DNA from: Eledone cirrhosa
Lineage: Eukaryota
DNA length: 64,000 nt
Reading direction: 5' to 3'
Assembly: GCA_964016885.1 (NCBI GenBank)
Contig: OZ024761.1
Location: 15,996,001 to 16,060,000, forward strand
The notes under the pieces are model-generated. The model was given only the letters and a program-made list of their open reading frames with translations, made no database searches and was not told the DNA's origin. The position numbers and the translations under genes were made by a program. This document shows, piece after piece, positions 12,971-30,969 of this stretch. Each line of letters starts with the position of its first letter. Positions within the stretch are counted from its first letter, which is position 1.

Positions 12971-13459
12971 GACGCATCTAATTACATACATACGCATAAT
13001 TCGTTAAGTATCCGTGCACGATATACAGAGAAGACTGTACGTCATACAGCATAGTAGTAGTAATGATAGTACTGGATGCAGTGTTGTGGCATTCATGCCA
13101 CTTTTTACTTTCGAGTAACACATGCTAGAAACAGCAGCCAAATCTCCCTCGTATCATATTCTATCTTCTCATTAAAAAAAATGGACGGAGGAATGAAGGA
13201 CACATTAGATAATGCGGTCTTTCATACAATGTCTGGCAGGGGAGAGATCGAAGAGACAGAATGGGTGGTCATGGATGGCATGTTTTTGATCATATCTCCA
13301 ATTTAGCCCATGTCTGACCTGCACTAATCATCAACAGCATTTCACTTATACATAAATGTATACATACACTCATAAATATATATATATATATATACACCTG
13401 TATAATATATATACATATATACATCTACATATATATATACATATATATACACCTGTATA

Positions 13460-13510
<51 letters not shown>

Positions 13511-13632
13511 CATATATCCCTATAAATATATATTCATTTATACTCATATAACTATATATAAATTATGTACCATTGTAGACTTAATATATAGAGCACCTTA
13601 TTTTCCTTAAGGAAACAATTCTCTCTCTCTCT

Positions 13633-13703
<71 letters not shown>

Positions 13704-14054
13704 TCCTCGTTATCTTTATACGTATTATATTATCTATATTGGTAAATGGTTATGGCTAGAATACCATCGATATTATACGTAGGTCTACTCCATCAAAGCT
13801 GCACTGGGACCAAACAACAGCCACAGTGTTTGTTGCATACATACATACATACACACATACATACGTACGTACGTAGATGTGTACACAAGGAGAAATATAG
13901 CACACATATACGCACATACATAGACACACATATACATACATACATAGAATGAAGTATAACAACCATACATACACTGATACACATAAACATACATACACAT
14001 ACATAATATATACACACCCTAATATATACACACCCTCCATACGTACATACATAC

Positions 14055-14480
14055 ACACACACGCATAGACATCCATATATACATACCACAAATATATACA
14101 AACACACGCATAGACATCCATATATACATCCACAAATATATATATACACACAGACATCCATATATACATACCACAAATATATATATACACACAGACATCC
14201 ATATATATATACCACAAATATATATATACACACAGACATCCATATATACATACCACAAATATATATATACACACAGACATCCATATATATATACCACAAA
14301 TATATATATACACACAGACATCCATATATACATACCACAAATATATATATACACACAGACATCCATATATACATACCACAAATATATATATACACACAGA
14401 CATCCATATATACATACCACAAATATATATACATACACACAGACATCCATATATACATACCACAAATATATATATATACA
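14055..14480. repeat. Minisatellite, unit of about 42 bp (CACAGACATCCATATATACATACCACAAATATATATATACA)
   Basis: About 10 tandem copies visible. Confidence 0.85.
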
Positions 14481-14826
14481 CACATACATTCGTTCTATAT
14501 AGAGGCGTAGTCATCATCTGTGTCGGTAGGGAAAGTGGACTAGTAGCGCGCAATATCCTCACTTTATACATACATCCACTACAAGGGTTTCTCTTGTCTC
14601 CGGGACGACTTACATTAATTTTAACATCAACAGCAAATCCACCTTGTTCTCGAACAATTTCGTTAGACTATATACAAATATATATATATATATATATATA
14701 TTCTATATATATATATATATATATATTCTATAGGGGTGAATGACAAGGTTGCCTAGCGCCCTATCCATGAGAAATGCGAAGGTAATGGTACGATACGTAA
14801 AGCTTCGCAGAGCATATATGTGCGCA

Positions 14827-14866
<40 letters not shown>

Positions 14867-15769
14867 TATTAAGAAAACATTGATGATTACGACTGTATGT
14901 ATGTATACAAGGATGGACTGATAAATCGATGGATGGGTGGGTGGGTGTATATAGTTAGGTACTATGTAGAATGGTGTAGAACGAATGTATCTATCTTAAC
15001 TCGTATAGTGTTTCTTTGACATGTATGTATAAACCGGTAGTGCGACACGAAAAGGATGACACTGTTTTTAAAATGTATATAAATAGAAATATATATATAT
15101 ATATATACATAATACACAGACACATATATGTGCGTGTGTCAAAATGTGGGAGATATATACATGGATATATATATATATATATATATAAACATAAATAGAT
15201 ACATGCATAGTGTATACGCAGACATACATGTACCTACATAAACACACACGCAGTATGTGTAAATATATATATATGTGTGTGTGTGTGTATACACCAATCT
15301 AAGCCATGAACAATATGTGATATATATACGCAAATATATATATTACCTCACAGACTTTTAACATTACACACACAGATCACTTTATTGCCTTATATCGTTT
15401 ATCAACTGTGTGTGTATATATATATATGTGTATATATATATATATATATATACATATATACACGAACATCGCATATATGCATATTTATGGAAATGCCATA
15501 AATATACATATGTATGTATATACGTATTATACCAAAATAAAAAATTCGTAGATGCGATCAACACACACACACATATATATATATATGTATATATTAATAG
15601 TAGTAATAATAAATTTGAAGACTAAAATCCAAAGAGGGCTCGATAAGGATAAATATATATCAAATATATAAGAACCGTAGAGAAAATATTTGATCCCGTT
15701 AAGGGTGAAAGCAGCGATTCTTTGCTTAAACTTTAATCTGTTATTTTAATAAATGTATATATTAATATA

Positions 15770-19282
<3,513 letters not shown>

Positions 19283-19542
19283 ACTCATAATTACATGTGT
19301 TTACGTCAGCTATCCGACTATCAATGCCAAACTGAAACACCAGCATCCACGATATTCCCTTGTTCTGTGCAACTACTATTCCCTGTTACATTCTTTTCTG
19401 ATATAATATATCGTCTTGTATGTAAATCCAAAACGGCACCACCAAACATAGATTTGGCTTTGAAGCAACAATCAAAGTGGAGAATACGTTATAAGATATA
19501 CAGTTAGATAGATAGATGGATATATACTGATATATATATATA

Positions 19543-19615
<73 letters not shown>

Positions 19616-19734
19616 ATATATATATATACTGAGAGACATATATATAGAGAGCGAAACAGAAAGATATACTGATATATATATATATAATAAAATATATTTG
19701 ATCACATGAATGTCTATATTTATTAATATTTTGA

Positions 19735-19789
<55 letters not shown>

Positions 19790-19794
<5 letters not shown>

Positions 19795-20290
19795 GGTGAT
19801 CGTGTACACACATAGTGTATATATATATATATACGGTGATCGTGTACACACATAGTGTACATACATATATACGGTGATCGTGTACACATAGTGTATATAT
19901 ATATATACACGGTGATCGTGTACACACATAATGTATATATATATATACGGTGATCGTGTACACACATAGTGTATATATACACGATGTTCGTGTACACACA
20001 TAGTGTATATATATATACACGATGTTCGTGTACTCACATAGTGTATATATATACCACGATGTTCGTGTACTCACATACAGTGTATATATATATACACGTT
20101 GTTCGTGTACTCACATACAGTGTATATATATACACGATGTTCGTGTACTCACATACAGTGTATATATATATATATACACGATGTTCGTGTACTCACATAC
20201 AGTGTATATATATATATATATATATTATATATACGATGATCGTATACACACATACAGTATATATATACGATGCTCGTTTACACATATACA
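19790..20290. repeat. Variable-length minisatellite (ACGATGTTCGTGTACTCACATACAGTG + (TA)n)
   Basis: Tandem units with a variable TA linker and a polarised change of unit sequence along the array. Confidence 0.85.
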
Positions 20291-20350
<60 letters not shown>

Positions 20351-20777
20351 ATAGTTATATAGAAATAGATAGACGGGCAGATAGATAGATAAACAGAGGG
20401 GAGAAGGGTAAAGCATCAACATATTCAACAACTTATTCATCAACATACAATACACAGCAGCAATAGCAACAGCAACAATAATAATAATAATAATTAATAT
20501 ATAAATATACTTTATATCAGAGAAATCTGAGAATATGTCGACATTTTCGCCCCCAGGGAATGAAATGTGAAGTCAAGTGAAGTGATGTGAAAAAAAAACA
20601 CCATCGCAAATAATAATAACAATACTACTACTAATATTAATAAATATAAAAATGTAAAAGAAAATGAGAAAGCAAGAATGAAAGAGAAAAGAAAAAAGGC
20701 ACTGAATAAAATTGCACATGTATGTTGTTTATCAGCACATATGTATGTTTATGATGTATTTATTTTAAGAGGCTTAC

Positions 20778-21104
20778 CCAGCTGTCAGGGTTCGTCTTGA
20801 ATTCCTCCAGTGGTAAAAAGCAATTAGCGACAAATTCGTCCGGAGGTATAGCAGCATCGTGGAAAACTGTAAGTCCAATTATTTGACCGTTGTGCACTTC
20901 TGTCTGGAAATTTTCGTTCCATACCGGTCTGTTGGTCTTTGATTTGGACTGAGTCCGGGCAATTAGGACGTCATCTATGTCTATAGAAATGTAAGGGTCT
21001 ATTTGGGTTAGCTTGTTCATTTGGTGTCTGGTCGCAAAATCCGTTGGCCGTAAATCTTTCGCTTCCAGCACCACTAATTTGAGAGATCCACTAAAGTAGA
21101 CCAT
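20778..21104 (-). CDS. PRKCE: Novel protein kinase C (epsilon/eta, Apl II type), first coding exon, C2 domain
   Basis: MVYFSGSLKLVVLEAKDLRPTDF...DPYISIDIDD...WNENFQTEVHNGQIIGLTVFHDAAIPPDEFVANC matches the nPKC-epsilon C2 domain; strong start context GCCAAAATGG; phase-0 donor TGG|GTAAGC at 20777, after the same Trp at which vertebrate PRKCE exon 1 ends. Confidence 0.93.
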
Positions 21105-21700
21105 TTTGGCTGTTCTTTCTGCTTTTCTTTACTGTATAATTTCTTTTACTTTGTTCCTTGATTTGATCTTAATTGTTAAATAAGGGCTTCTGTTTTTTTT
21201 TTTGCAAAAAAAAAAAATTTGAAAAAAAAAAGGGGGGGAGAAAAATGAGGGGAAAAAAAACGAGAAGGAAAAAAAAAACTTTATGTTTTGCTTCTTCGCT
21301 CCTCTAACAATGTTCTTTCCCCCTCTCACCTCTACTTTCAGTTCTCCCCTTCTTCTCCTAGTTACCTCTTCCTTCTCCCTTTCACCTGCACCTTCCTCAC
21401 TTCGTCTAGCCTCTCTTCTTTACTACTACTACTTTGCCACTTCTTCTAAACACTGCATCGACCTCCTCTTACCCTTCCTCGCATCTCCCTTTAGTTCTTC
21501 TCTCTCTCTCTCTCTCAATGATTCCCCCCCTCTCTTATACTAACCACTATAAACTACTCCCCCTCCCTGTATTTCTCTCTCTTCTGTTGCTCTTTCTCTC
21601 TATCTATATATCTGTCTATCTATCTATCTCTCTCCCGTGCACTTGCCAGATAATGACAACCGTTCCTTGTCTTCCCCACTTCCCGGTTTGCTTTCGTTAA
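21105..21700 (-). promoter_or_regulatory. Putative purine-rich 5' UTR / proximal promoter of the PKC gene
   Basis: Transposon-free, GA-rich on the minus strand, with no convincing splice acceptor upstream of the ATG; TSS cannot be located. Confidence 0.35.
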
Positions 21701-22011
21701 AATTTACATGAAATCTTTCTCTCTGTCTCTCTTTTTTTTTTCTATGCTTCGTTTTATGCTGCCACTTTGCCCACTATATATCTCCTTGAAATAAACTTCC
21801 TTCAATTGTTTAAAAAATCCTTACTGCTTCTTTAACAGTCCTACTTACTACATTTTTCCAAAGTCGAATTTGTTTCTGTTAATATTACTTGGTTTTGTTT
21901 TTTGTTGTTCTTTTTTTTTTTAATAAAACCACAATTCAGCTATAAGCATATCCCTATGTAAATCTCTTCTCTTGACGTTTCGTTTTAGTTGTTTATATAT
22001 ATATATGTATG

Positions 22012-22042
<31 letters not shown>

Positions 22043-23312
22043 ATGAATATATATGTGTTTGTCTGTGTAAGTATGTATATACAAATCACTTCCTTATTCT
22101 CATCACAGCCAATGGGACGAAAATATTTTCACTGATGATCTTAAATAGTTAACTAGAGGTTAGCATTTAGATCATCAATGTTTTTAATTAGCTTCAATTT
22201 AGGGCAGGGGGGTTGAGATATATACATACATATATATATATATCTTTGGAAAAATAAAATCATTTATACATCATCACATCCAACAAGAACAAATTGAAAT
22301 AAAAATAATAATAATAAAATTAATAATATAATAACAATGATATCAATAAGTAATCATGATAATGGTAATAATAATAAATATAGCAGTAGGTGTCACAAAT
22401 TAAAAAAAAGATTAGCTTTTGAGATGTTTTGGCAGATTGTTCGTCGGTTGTTTGTTGGGTTATGTTTTTTCTGTTCTTTTGTTAAATATCACTTTTCTTT
22501 TTATATATAACCCGAATTAAATTCTTGTTGCGAATTAGTATCAATATTTTCCTCCAAGCTTCGTTTTGAAATGAAGACGCATCCGACATACATAGACAAA
22601 CAAATGTATATATATAAAATATAAAAGATAAATATCCCGAGATTATAATTACAAGCAAATTCCGTTTTCGCGAGGGAGATTTTCAAGAAATTTCTTCAGA
22701 ATAAATACGGTCGATAATATATAGAAAATAGATGCTCGCTTCTTTGGTCAGAGTTACAGTAAGCTTAGATGGAAGCTGTTTGGATCCATGACACGAACAG
22801 GGACATGTACGATTGTCGACGAAAAGGGGTAACAATCGTTCTCCGATTTGAGTTATCAGCATAAATGACCTTTCAGTCATATTCCTTTTGATATCTCTAA
22901 AGGTCCCCCCACTAGCCCCGATTTTTGCCCCCAGTATACAGGGCCACCTTTACATACCCCAATGAAGGCCTTTCTCCCAGTAATTACGTATACAATAAGT
23001 ACATGTATGGATATCAATGTGTGTATGCATTGACAGTCCGACTCCACCAATTCTATAGAATGGTAGAGCATAGGAAAGCTTCTGTCTCGGTAGCTCTCAC
23101 TCTCTCTCTCTCGTTCTCTCTCACACTCTCACTCCCCCTCTCACTCTTTCTATCTCTCTGTCCTTCTCCTTCTATCTAGCTCTTTGTCTCTCTCTCAAGC
23201 TTTCTCTCTCCGTTTATCTATCTCTATGTCTCTCTCACTCACTTTTTCTCTCTCTGTCCTTCGCCGTCGATCTATCTATGTCTCTCTCTGTCCTTTTCTG
23301 TCTTTCTATCTA

Positions 23313-23347
<35 letters not shown>

Positions 23348-23720
23348 GTGTCCTTCTCCGTTTATCTATCTCTATATCTCTCTCACCCAAATATTAGAGC
23401 TAGCTGTAAGTATGGAAGATTAGTGTATGTATGTGAGTGCACATGTGCTTAATTTAACCCCCTAATACCCTCCTCCATACACGAAATAGAATTGATTTCT
23501 TAGAATAAAAGAAAATTCTTTAGCCATTTTCTCACCCTGTTTTCTGCTAAGAGAAGAAATATTGAGATGAAGATGAAGATGAGGATGAAGGAATATATAC
23601 TGCTACATTCATAGACCTGCCGACTTTATCAAGGTCTTATCACGAATACTGACGGAATGTTGCCTCTATTGGCAACCTAATTTTCTCCAGAATTTCTGCT
23701 ACAACCAGTAATATATTTAT

Positions 23721-23830
<110 letters not shown>

Positions 23831-23846
23831 CTTGGTATATAAATCT

Positions 23847-23922
<76 letters not shown>

Positions 23923-24739
23923 TTTCTATTTGCTCAGATTCTAACATAGAATTATATAAATTTACCCCTCCAAATTCTACCAAGAATGAGTGGACAGGAA
24001 TATCTGTGTTGTAGAATTACGCTATCTCGAACTTTCTATAATGACCGATTCTTAGACAAGATTTATGTTATGAGTTTTATTTAACTAACAGGGCATTTAC
24101 CAAATATATTCCAACCAATTCTTCTTAATCAAATTAAATAATCTTGATTTCCCAAGAACGAAAATAATAATAATAATTGTAATAATAATTACATTTATTA
24201 CAATTATAATTATATAATTATTTATAATAATAAAATATTACGTATTATTCTCATTATCATCATTTTTTGTTTCTCAATTTTGACCAATTCCTATTTCTTT
24301 GTTGTTTTTTTTTTTTGCCTTTTTTTTTTGGATCCAACGAAAGTGGTAAAAAGATGAAATATATAAATATATTTATATATTTAAAAATCTGTAATAGAAA
24401 ATAGATTTTTCTAGCACTAAATTAGGTGGGGTGGACGAAGAACGTAGCCCTGACGGAAGACGGGGCATCTGCTCACAATCATATATAATGTGTGTGTTTA
24501 TAAATATATATATGTATGTGTATTATTATTAGTCTTACACATGATTCTTTGCAAATGTAGGTTTTGGAGAAAGAAAGAAAACAACAACAGCAACAAATCT
24601 CGCAGTATAAACCTTGACAATGAACCGAAGAAACTAGAAAGATTCTGTGAAGGTAGTGGACGCAATGGTGGAAGCAAAACTAAGCCAAAAATTTTGAAGA
24701 AGAAGAAGAAGAAGAAAGTCTTAGAGAGGCAAAGAAAAA

Positions 24740-24831
<92 letters not shown>

Positions 24832-25030
24832 TATTATATATATTATATATATTATATATATATTTATATAATTATATATTATATATATATATATTTATAT
24901 ATATATACATATATATTATATATATAATATATATATATATATATATTATATATATAATTATATATTATATATATATAAAATTATATAATAAAAAATATAT
25001 ATAATTATATAAAATATATATATATTTATG

Positions 25031-25097
<67 letters not shown>

Positions 25098-25460
25098 TGT
25101 ATGTATGTGTGTGTGTGATGTGTATAAGATGTTGATATACAAGAATTTAAAGGTGTTTAAGGTGGCAGCTTCAACAAATATTTGTTGTGTTAAATAATTC
25201 CTTGGCCCTCGTCTTTTTTAAAGTATATCCTGGCAATTTGAACGGAACAGTTCGTTTTGAAGGGTGGGGTTTTTTTTTCTTTATTATTATTATTGTTGTG
25301 TGTGTATGATGCAGGAATATCTTTTGGTTGTTGTTGCGGTTGATATTTTCTTCTTCAAAGCTTCGTAAGCTGTTTTCTGCCTTGCCTGTTTTGTTTTATT
25401 ATTGATATTATTATTATTTTTATGGAGGGGGAAATATACATACATACATACATACATACA

Positions 25461-25544
<84 letters not shown>

Positions 25545-25666
25545 AATTCCTAAATATTTTGGAGTGTTATACGTCGGACTGCGAAGATATGTCAAAGATG
25601 TGCACCGAACCAGGATTGTTATGTTAGACATGAAAACAGTTGATCATACACTCATACGTATGTTTA

Positions 25667-25706
<40 letters not shown>

Positions 25707-25739
25707 TGTATATATATATATATACACACATAAACATAC

Positions 25740-25783
<44 letters not shown>

Positions 25784-25919
25784 CTGTTAGGCTGGTTCTA
25801 GCTACAATCTGTTCAACACTTGGTCGATTTGACTGTGTGGTGAGCAACTTTATAAATTCATTAAGGACTGGTATTGTTATTTCAGAATTTTAAAAAAGAC
25901 ACTGTGTATATACATATAT

Positions 25920-25956
<37 letters not shown>

Positions 25957-26370
25957 GTGTGTGTGTGTGAGTGTGTCTGCATTAATATATGTATATATAT
26001 ATGTATATGTATTTATATATATATGGATATATAAATGTGTGTGTGTGTGTAGTATATGTAGAGAGAGAGGGGGGGGGGGGGTATTAGATGGTCAGAAGTG
26101 ATTTTTTTTTTTGTCCTCCAGTCCTGTGTGACCATCTACAAAGAAACAATTCCTTGTTTTGTTGGTCACACCATCTAGTAACAGTTACACTGGCTGTTGT
26201 TATTGCTACTACTATCACTTCTACCACACCATCTATGTGTATATGTATGATGTGTGTGTATATATGCATGCATATATATATATATATATATATGTATGTT
26301 TATGCATGTGTGTATGTATCCATATACATACATACATATATATGTATATATAGATATGTATGTATATATG

Positions 26371-26426
<56 letters not shown>

Positions 26427-26430
26427 GGAT

Positions 26431-26620
26431 AAAGTTTAACCCCGACGGCAGAGCTCAACCCGTTTCGACGACTATTTCTGTCCAGAAATAGCTGTCAAAA
26501 CGGCTTGAGCTCTGCCGTTGGTGTTAAACTTTTTGCTAATACCCACTCTACTACCCTAAGTATTGAGTACTCTGGTTCGTTATGGTTCATCTGGTTCCTA
26601 AACCACACCTCGTTCGTTAT
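26431..26620 (+). mobile_element. Fold-back element (palindrome 26431-26532 plus unique tail) in (TA)n
   Basis: Inverted arms centred on 26481/26482; tail ACCCACTCTACTACC...GTATTGAGTAC shared with 49398 and 60543. Confidence 0.75.
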
Positions 26621-26624
26621 ATAT

Positions 26625-26666
<42 letters not shown>

Positions 26667-26814
26667 GCTATTGATTCCAGAGTTGGGCGCAACTGATACA
26701 GATTGAGCCTTGAATTGATTGATCACGAAAAGCGCGTATAATTTGAATAAACATAATGATGAAGGTTTGACACCTTGTTCCTACTCCTTATTATTATTAT
26801 TATTATATACAGAA

Positions 26815-27030
26815 GGGCGGTAGATTGGCAGTATCGGTAGAGGGCTGGACGCCATGCTTTGCAGCATAGAGTTACGGCCCTTTGTGATCCGAGTTCAAAT
26901 CTCGCCGAGGCTAACTTTGCCTTTCATCCTTATCGGGTCGATAAAATAAATTACCAGTCATGCAATGAGGTCGATTTAATCGACTTTCCACTCCTCCCAA
27001 ATTGCTGGCCTTGTGCCTATATAAAAAAAA
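26815..27030 (+). mobile_element. tRNA-derived SINE with Deu/Nin-like central domain
   Basis: B box GAGTTCAAATC, then GCCTTTCATCCTTATCGGGTCGATAAAATAAATTACCAG; other copies near 33035(+), 38255(-), 53145(-), 54005(+) and decayed ones at 8950-9290. Confidence 0.75.
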
Positions 27031-27249
27031 CCATTATACACACACATACTTACATATACATATATATATGTATCTATGTATGTATATATATATATATATA
27101 TATATACATTCATATATATAAGGATTGATGCCAGGAAGGGCATCTGACTGTAAAAGCTTTGCCTCAAAAAGACCTGCCAAAGTTGATGTAAAAATTATAT
27201 GTATACACCCTCGCTAGCAGCAAAAGTAAACTTTAAAACAACGATGATG

Positions 27250-27322
<73 letters not shown>

Positions 27323-28224
27323 AATCAGTTGATTACAAATCAGCTAACTGTTTTTTTCATTGATTAATATATAGATATATATATAACAGTTCTATATGAG
27401 CGAGACACAGTCACCCAACCAAACTTGCCTCAAGTGGGACAAACCCATCTAATCTATGCTAGCGTGGAAGATAGACATTAAACAATGATGATGATGATGA
27501 TGATGATATATATATATGGATAAACAGAAAAATCCCTTTTTCATCAGCTATCTGCCAAGAATCACCACAATTTCAGTACTTTATATGGCTCATATTATTC
27601 ATCCCCGAAAGTGACACAGTCCATTTGATTCATACACACACATATACATGTCCTTCCCTCCTTCTTCCTGTCCAGAGCTCGCTATGAAGTCTGTTAATAT
27701 CTTGCATGGTGTATTCATTCTCAGCCAATGTTGGTGTTGATTCTACTTTACCTTTCTTCCTTTCAAGGTAAAAAAAATAAATGTACCAGTTTAGTACTGG
27801 GGGTCAGTTCTTTCTCTATATCACTTTCTCTGGAAGAAATCTGCTGCGTGTAGACCTGATGAGGAGATGGATTCTGTCAGGTTTAAAATGCCCAAGAAAC
27901 ACTGTTATCGGCCCATGCAATGAAAGAATTATTAAGCTGGTGTTTTAAGCAGAGCTTACATAAAATTATGATGAAAGGTTTCTTATATAAATATAACCAG
28001 TTTAAAATAAACAGCTTTCTTTAATAGAATTACAGGTGGTTTCAGGCAGTTTGGTATTAAGAGGGTTAAGAAGAGATCACCCTTGCCATCATGGAACCCA
28101 TGACTATTCAAAACTTGATTATATCATCATGTATGTATGTAAAAAGTAAACAGAAATAACAAAGCAAGCACACAGTACATTGAAGAAATATATTAGTTTA
28201 ACGCTTGAAATAACAGGAAAAGAG

Positions 28225-28260
28225 TCTCAACGTTTCAGACAATAGTCCTTCATCAGAAGA
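28225..28260 (-). ncRNA. Minimal Penelope-type hammerhead ribozyme
   Basis: Minus strand: UCUU-CUGAUGA-AGGAC uauu GUCU-GAAACGUU-GAGA; palindromic ACGU stem III. Confidence 0.7.
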
Positions 28261-28414
28261 TAGAATTAGAAATAAAAGTTAAGATAAAAAGATAAAGAGT
28301 AAGAAGAGGAAGAAACAGAAAAAAAAACACATATCATATACTTTAATTAATCCAATTACTTTATCAATTCTCTAATTAATTACTTTATCCATTTTTCTGC
28401 CAACCATATTTAAT

Positions 28415-28620
28415 CCACTAACTCCAGTGCTGTTACTCACCCATAAGAATTTGTATTTGTGTTCTTTGTCAGTAATGAAATGGCCGCTCCATCTTACCTC
28501 TGCTATACAACACACATCTACTCGCCTCTAGCTCTACTCCAGCCTCTCTTCAATCTATCCAGACATATATTTCATTGTGCCAACATTGATGGTGACAGCC
28601 TTGAAAATTCGCACCTGCCA
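28415..28620 (-). mobile_element. RTE LINE AP-endonuclease N-terminal remnant
   Basis: FKAVTINVGTMK...RRVDVCCIAEVRWSG...KYKFLWVSNSTGVSG with stop codons. Confidence 0.75.
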
Positions 28621-29693
28621 AGGAAAAGAGGAGCTCTTAATGTTGTTTGGGTGGTCTAATCTAGACAATGGATTGTGTCTAGCACCCCAAACAGACCTCA
28701 GTAGGATCTGAACACAGAACAGAAACACCATAAACAAATAACACAAGACAGCTTGACCAATGCTATAACAATTCAGCCAATATACCGTGCTGGTCGGGGG
28801 TACTTTATTTTATTGACCCTAAAAGGGTTAAAGATAATTAATCTCAGCAGGATTTGAACTTAGAACGTAGAGAACTGGAACCAATGCTGTATTTTGTCAC
28901 ACGCATTAAAGACTATGCCAAGTAGTTCTAAATACCCTTGAATAAGACGATGTTTTTTTTTGGGGGGGGGGGTATTTGTTCTGGGGTTGTTGTTTTGTTT
29001 TTTCATCTACACTGGGAGAAAGAAAAATCAAAATCGATCAAAAGACAAGATTTGAATTGTTGATGCTACAAATCCACCGTCTTTCATAAGAAAGGACTGC
29101 CGAGCGATCATTAGCAAATGTAGCAGACGACATATATTGTAGCTAGCTGACGCTGGCGACATCCGGCATCCATCGCTAGGTCACTGACACACGGAACATT
29201 GAAACGGACGGCAAAGACAAGCACGAGAAAATTAAATTAAATTTCTGGAATATTTCTCTGACTATCACACAATTATATTCATTTTAATTTATTCTTAATC
29301 AAAGTTGAACTTCAATAATGAATTTATTTGCAAGTTTATCTCCTGACATGTTCGTAAAATAAATATTTAACTACGTGGTTTTTCTCTTCAGAAGATTTAA
29401 ATGCTGCATAAAAAAAAAAGATATCAAAAACGTATCCAAAAATGTTGTAATTGTTTAGCTCCTCGATATTTTGCCACAGGCTTTCTAGTCGTGACCATCC
29501 CAACATTTGGTATACCAGGGATTGTGTTGTGCAATGCATCCGTCCATTTCTTTTAGTCTTTTTTTTGTGTGTGTGTGTGTTTTTTTTTTTGCAAGGTGTG
29601 ATTTGAAAGAGATCCAGTTTTTAATTCGTATTGCTTGCTTTTCTTTTTACATTAGAATTTAATATTCTTGTTTTGTTTCATATAGATATATAA

Positions 29694-30738
29694 ACGAGGT
29701 GTCAGAAAAGTAACAGGACTTAGTACGCTGTGTGAACTATGTATGAGTGGGGTAAGTATTAGCGGGTTGCGTCACCGTGTGACGTAATATCCGGGGAGTA
29801 TATAACTGCGATCTCAGCTCTCTGCAGCCATTATATGTTAACAGCTCCTCAAATTTTGGCCGTCGAGTGATGGGCACGGAGAATGAACCAGCCTGAACAC
29901 TCTGGTCCGGCTGGGGAAAAACTCCGTCAGAAGCGCTCGGAATACTGCAACAAGTGTAGAGATAAGATAATGTCGTGCTGACGGGTTTTCGGGTTGCACA
30001 AAAGCAAAGCCCGTTGTACGGGGAGATCTTCCACTTACTTTGGGGTGGGTGAGACATGTGTTCTCTTGGAGAAATGGATATAGCTTTTATTATGTAAACT
30101 ATTCCCAATTTTGCCTCATTTCTCATCGTTTTGGGACACTTTTTTTCATGGTACTCCCTGTTTGGGTTTTTAGAGGTTGGCAGGTCTGCAAAAGATTCAA
30201 AGAGTGACGCGAGGACGTGAAAGACGACCGCAAGAGCGGAAGGTCTTCAAGGAGCAGCACTGGGGCCAAGGTTGAGCGCGTGAGGCAGGTGGTGCGTGGT
30301 GATCGTCGGCTGACTGACCGACTGATCGCAAGTGAGCTGGGCATGAACCGCGACAGCGTTTGGAAGATTAACACCGAAGATTTGGGCATGCGGAAGATCT
30401 GCACGAAGATGGTGTCAAAGCTGTTGGACGATGACCAGAAGGGCTGTGCATGCAGTTGTGTCAGGACATCTTCAAAACATCTTGAAACCGAACCAGACGT
30501 TTTCCTTTTCCCCAAGCTCAAGAGGGTCATTAAGGGAGACCGTTTTCCGGGCGTAGGAGCCACCAAGAGGACTATGAGGTTGGAGCTGAGGAGAATCCTT
30601 CTAGGAGTGCATGGATGGGAAAGTGCTTTAGATTCAAAGGGGATTATTTCGAAGGGGAAAGCCTGTACTTTATAGTTTGGATTTGAAATGTTTTTTTTCG
30701 TTTGCGACACCAGTCCTGTTTCTTTTCTGACAGACCTA
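29694..30738 (+). mobile_element. Internally deleted mariner transposon
   Basis: TIRs (GAGG)TGTCAGAAAAGTAACAGGACT / AGTCCTGTTTCTTTTCTGACAGACC in a TA context; GKTPSEAL, DDRKSGRS, RRLTDRLIASEL, LGMRKIC and FLFPKLK motifs; foreign insert at about 29980-30187. Confidence 0.88.
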
Positions 30739-30925
30739 TATATATATGTGTGTGTGTGTGTGACACGGGACCCCGCTTTTTGTAACAGTGGGGTGGGAGT
30801 TTATATTTAATTGGATCAATCAGTAAAGAGCAATACACTCACATATGTATATATATTAATAAATAGAGATAAGCTATTCTTCTTCTGAGTATCCAGTGCT
30901 GTAGTTGTCGAATACTCAAATATGT

Positions 30926-30969
<44 letters not shown>

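Noticed and set aside
19790-20290. Repeat-spacer-like pattern
   Set aside because: The apparent spacers are only variable (TA)n runs
20760-20777. ORF-track extension VSLLK* of the PKC ORF
   Set aside because: Read-through past the GTAAGC splice donor into the intron
27850-27915. CTGATGA...GAAAC hammerhead-like spacing
   Set aside because: Stems I and II do not pair convincingly; at best a decayed copy. Lone CTGATGA/CTGAAGA hits near 22132, 38086 and 43404 also lack partners
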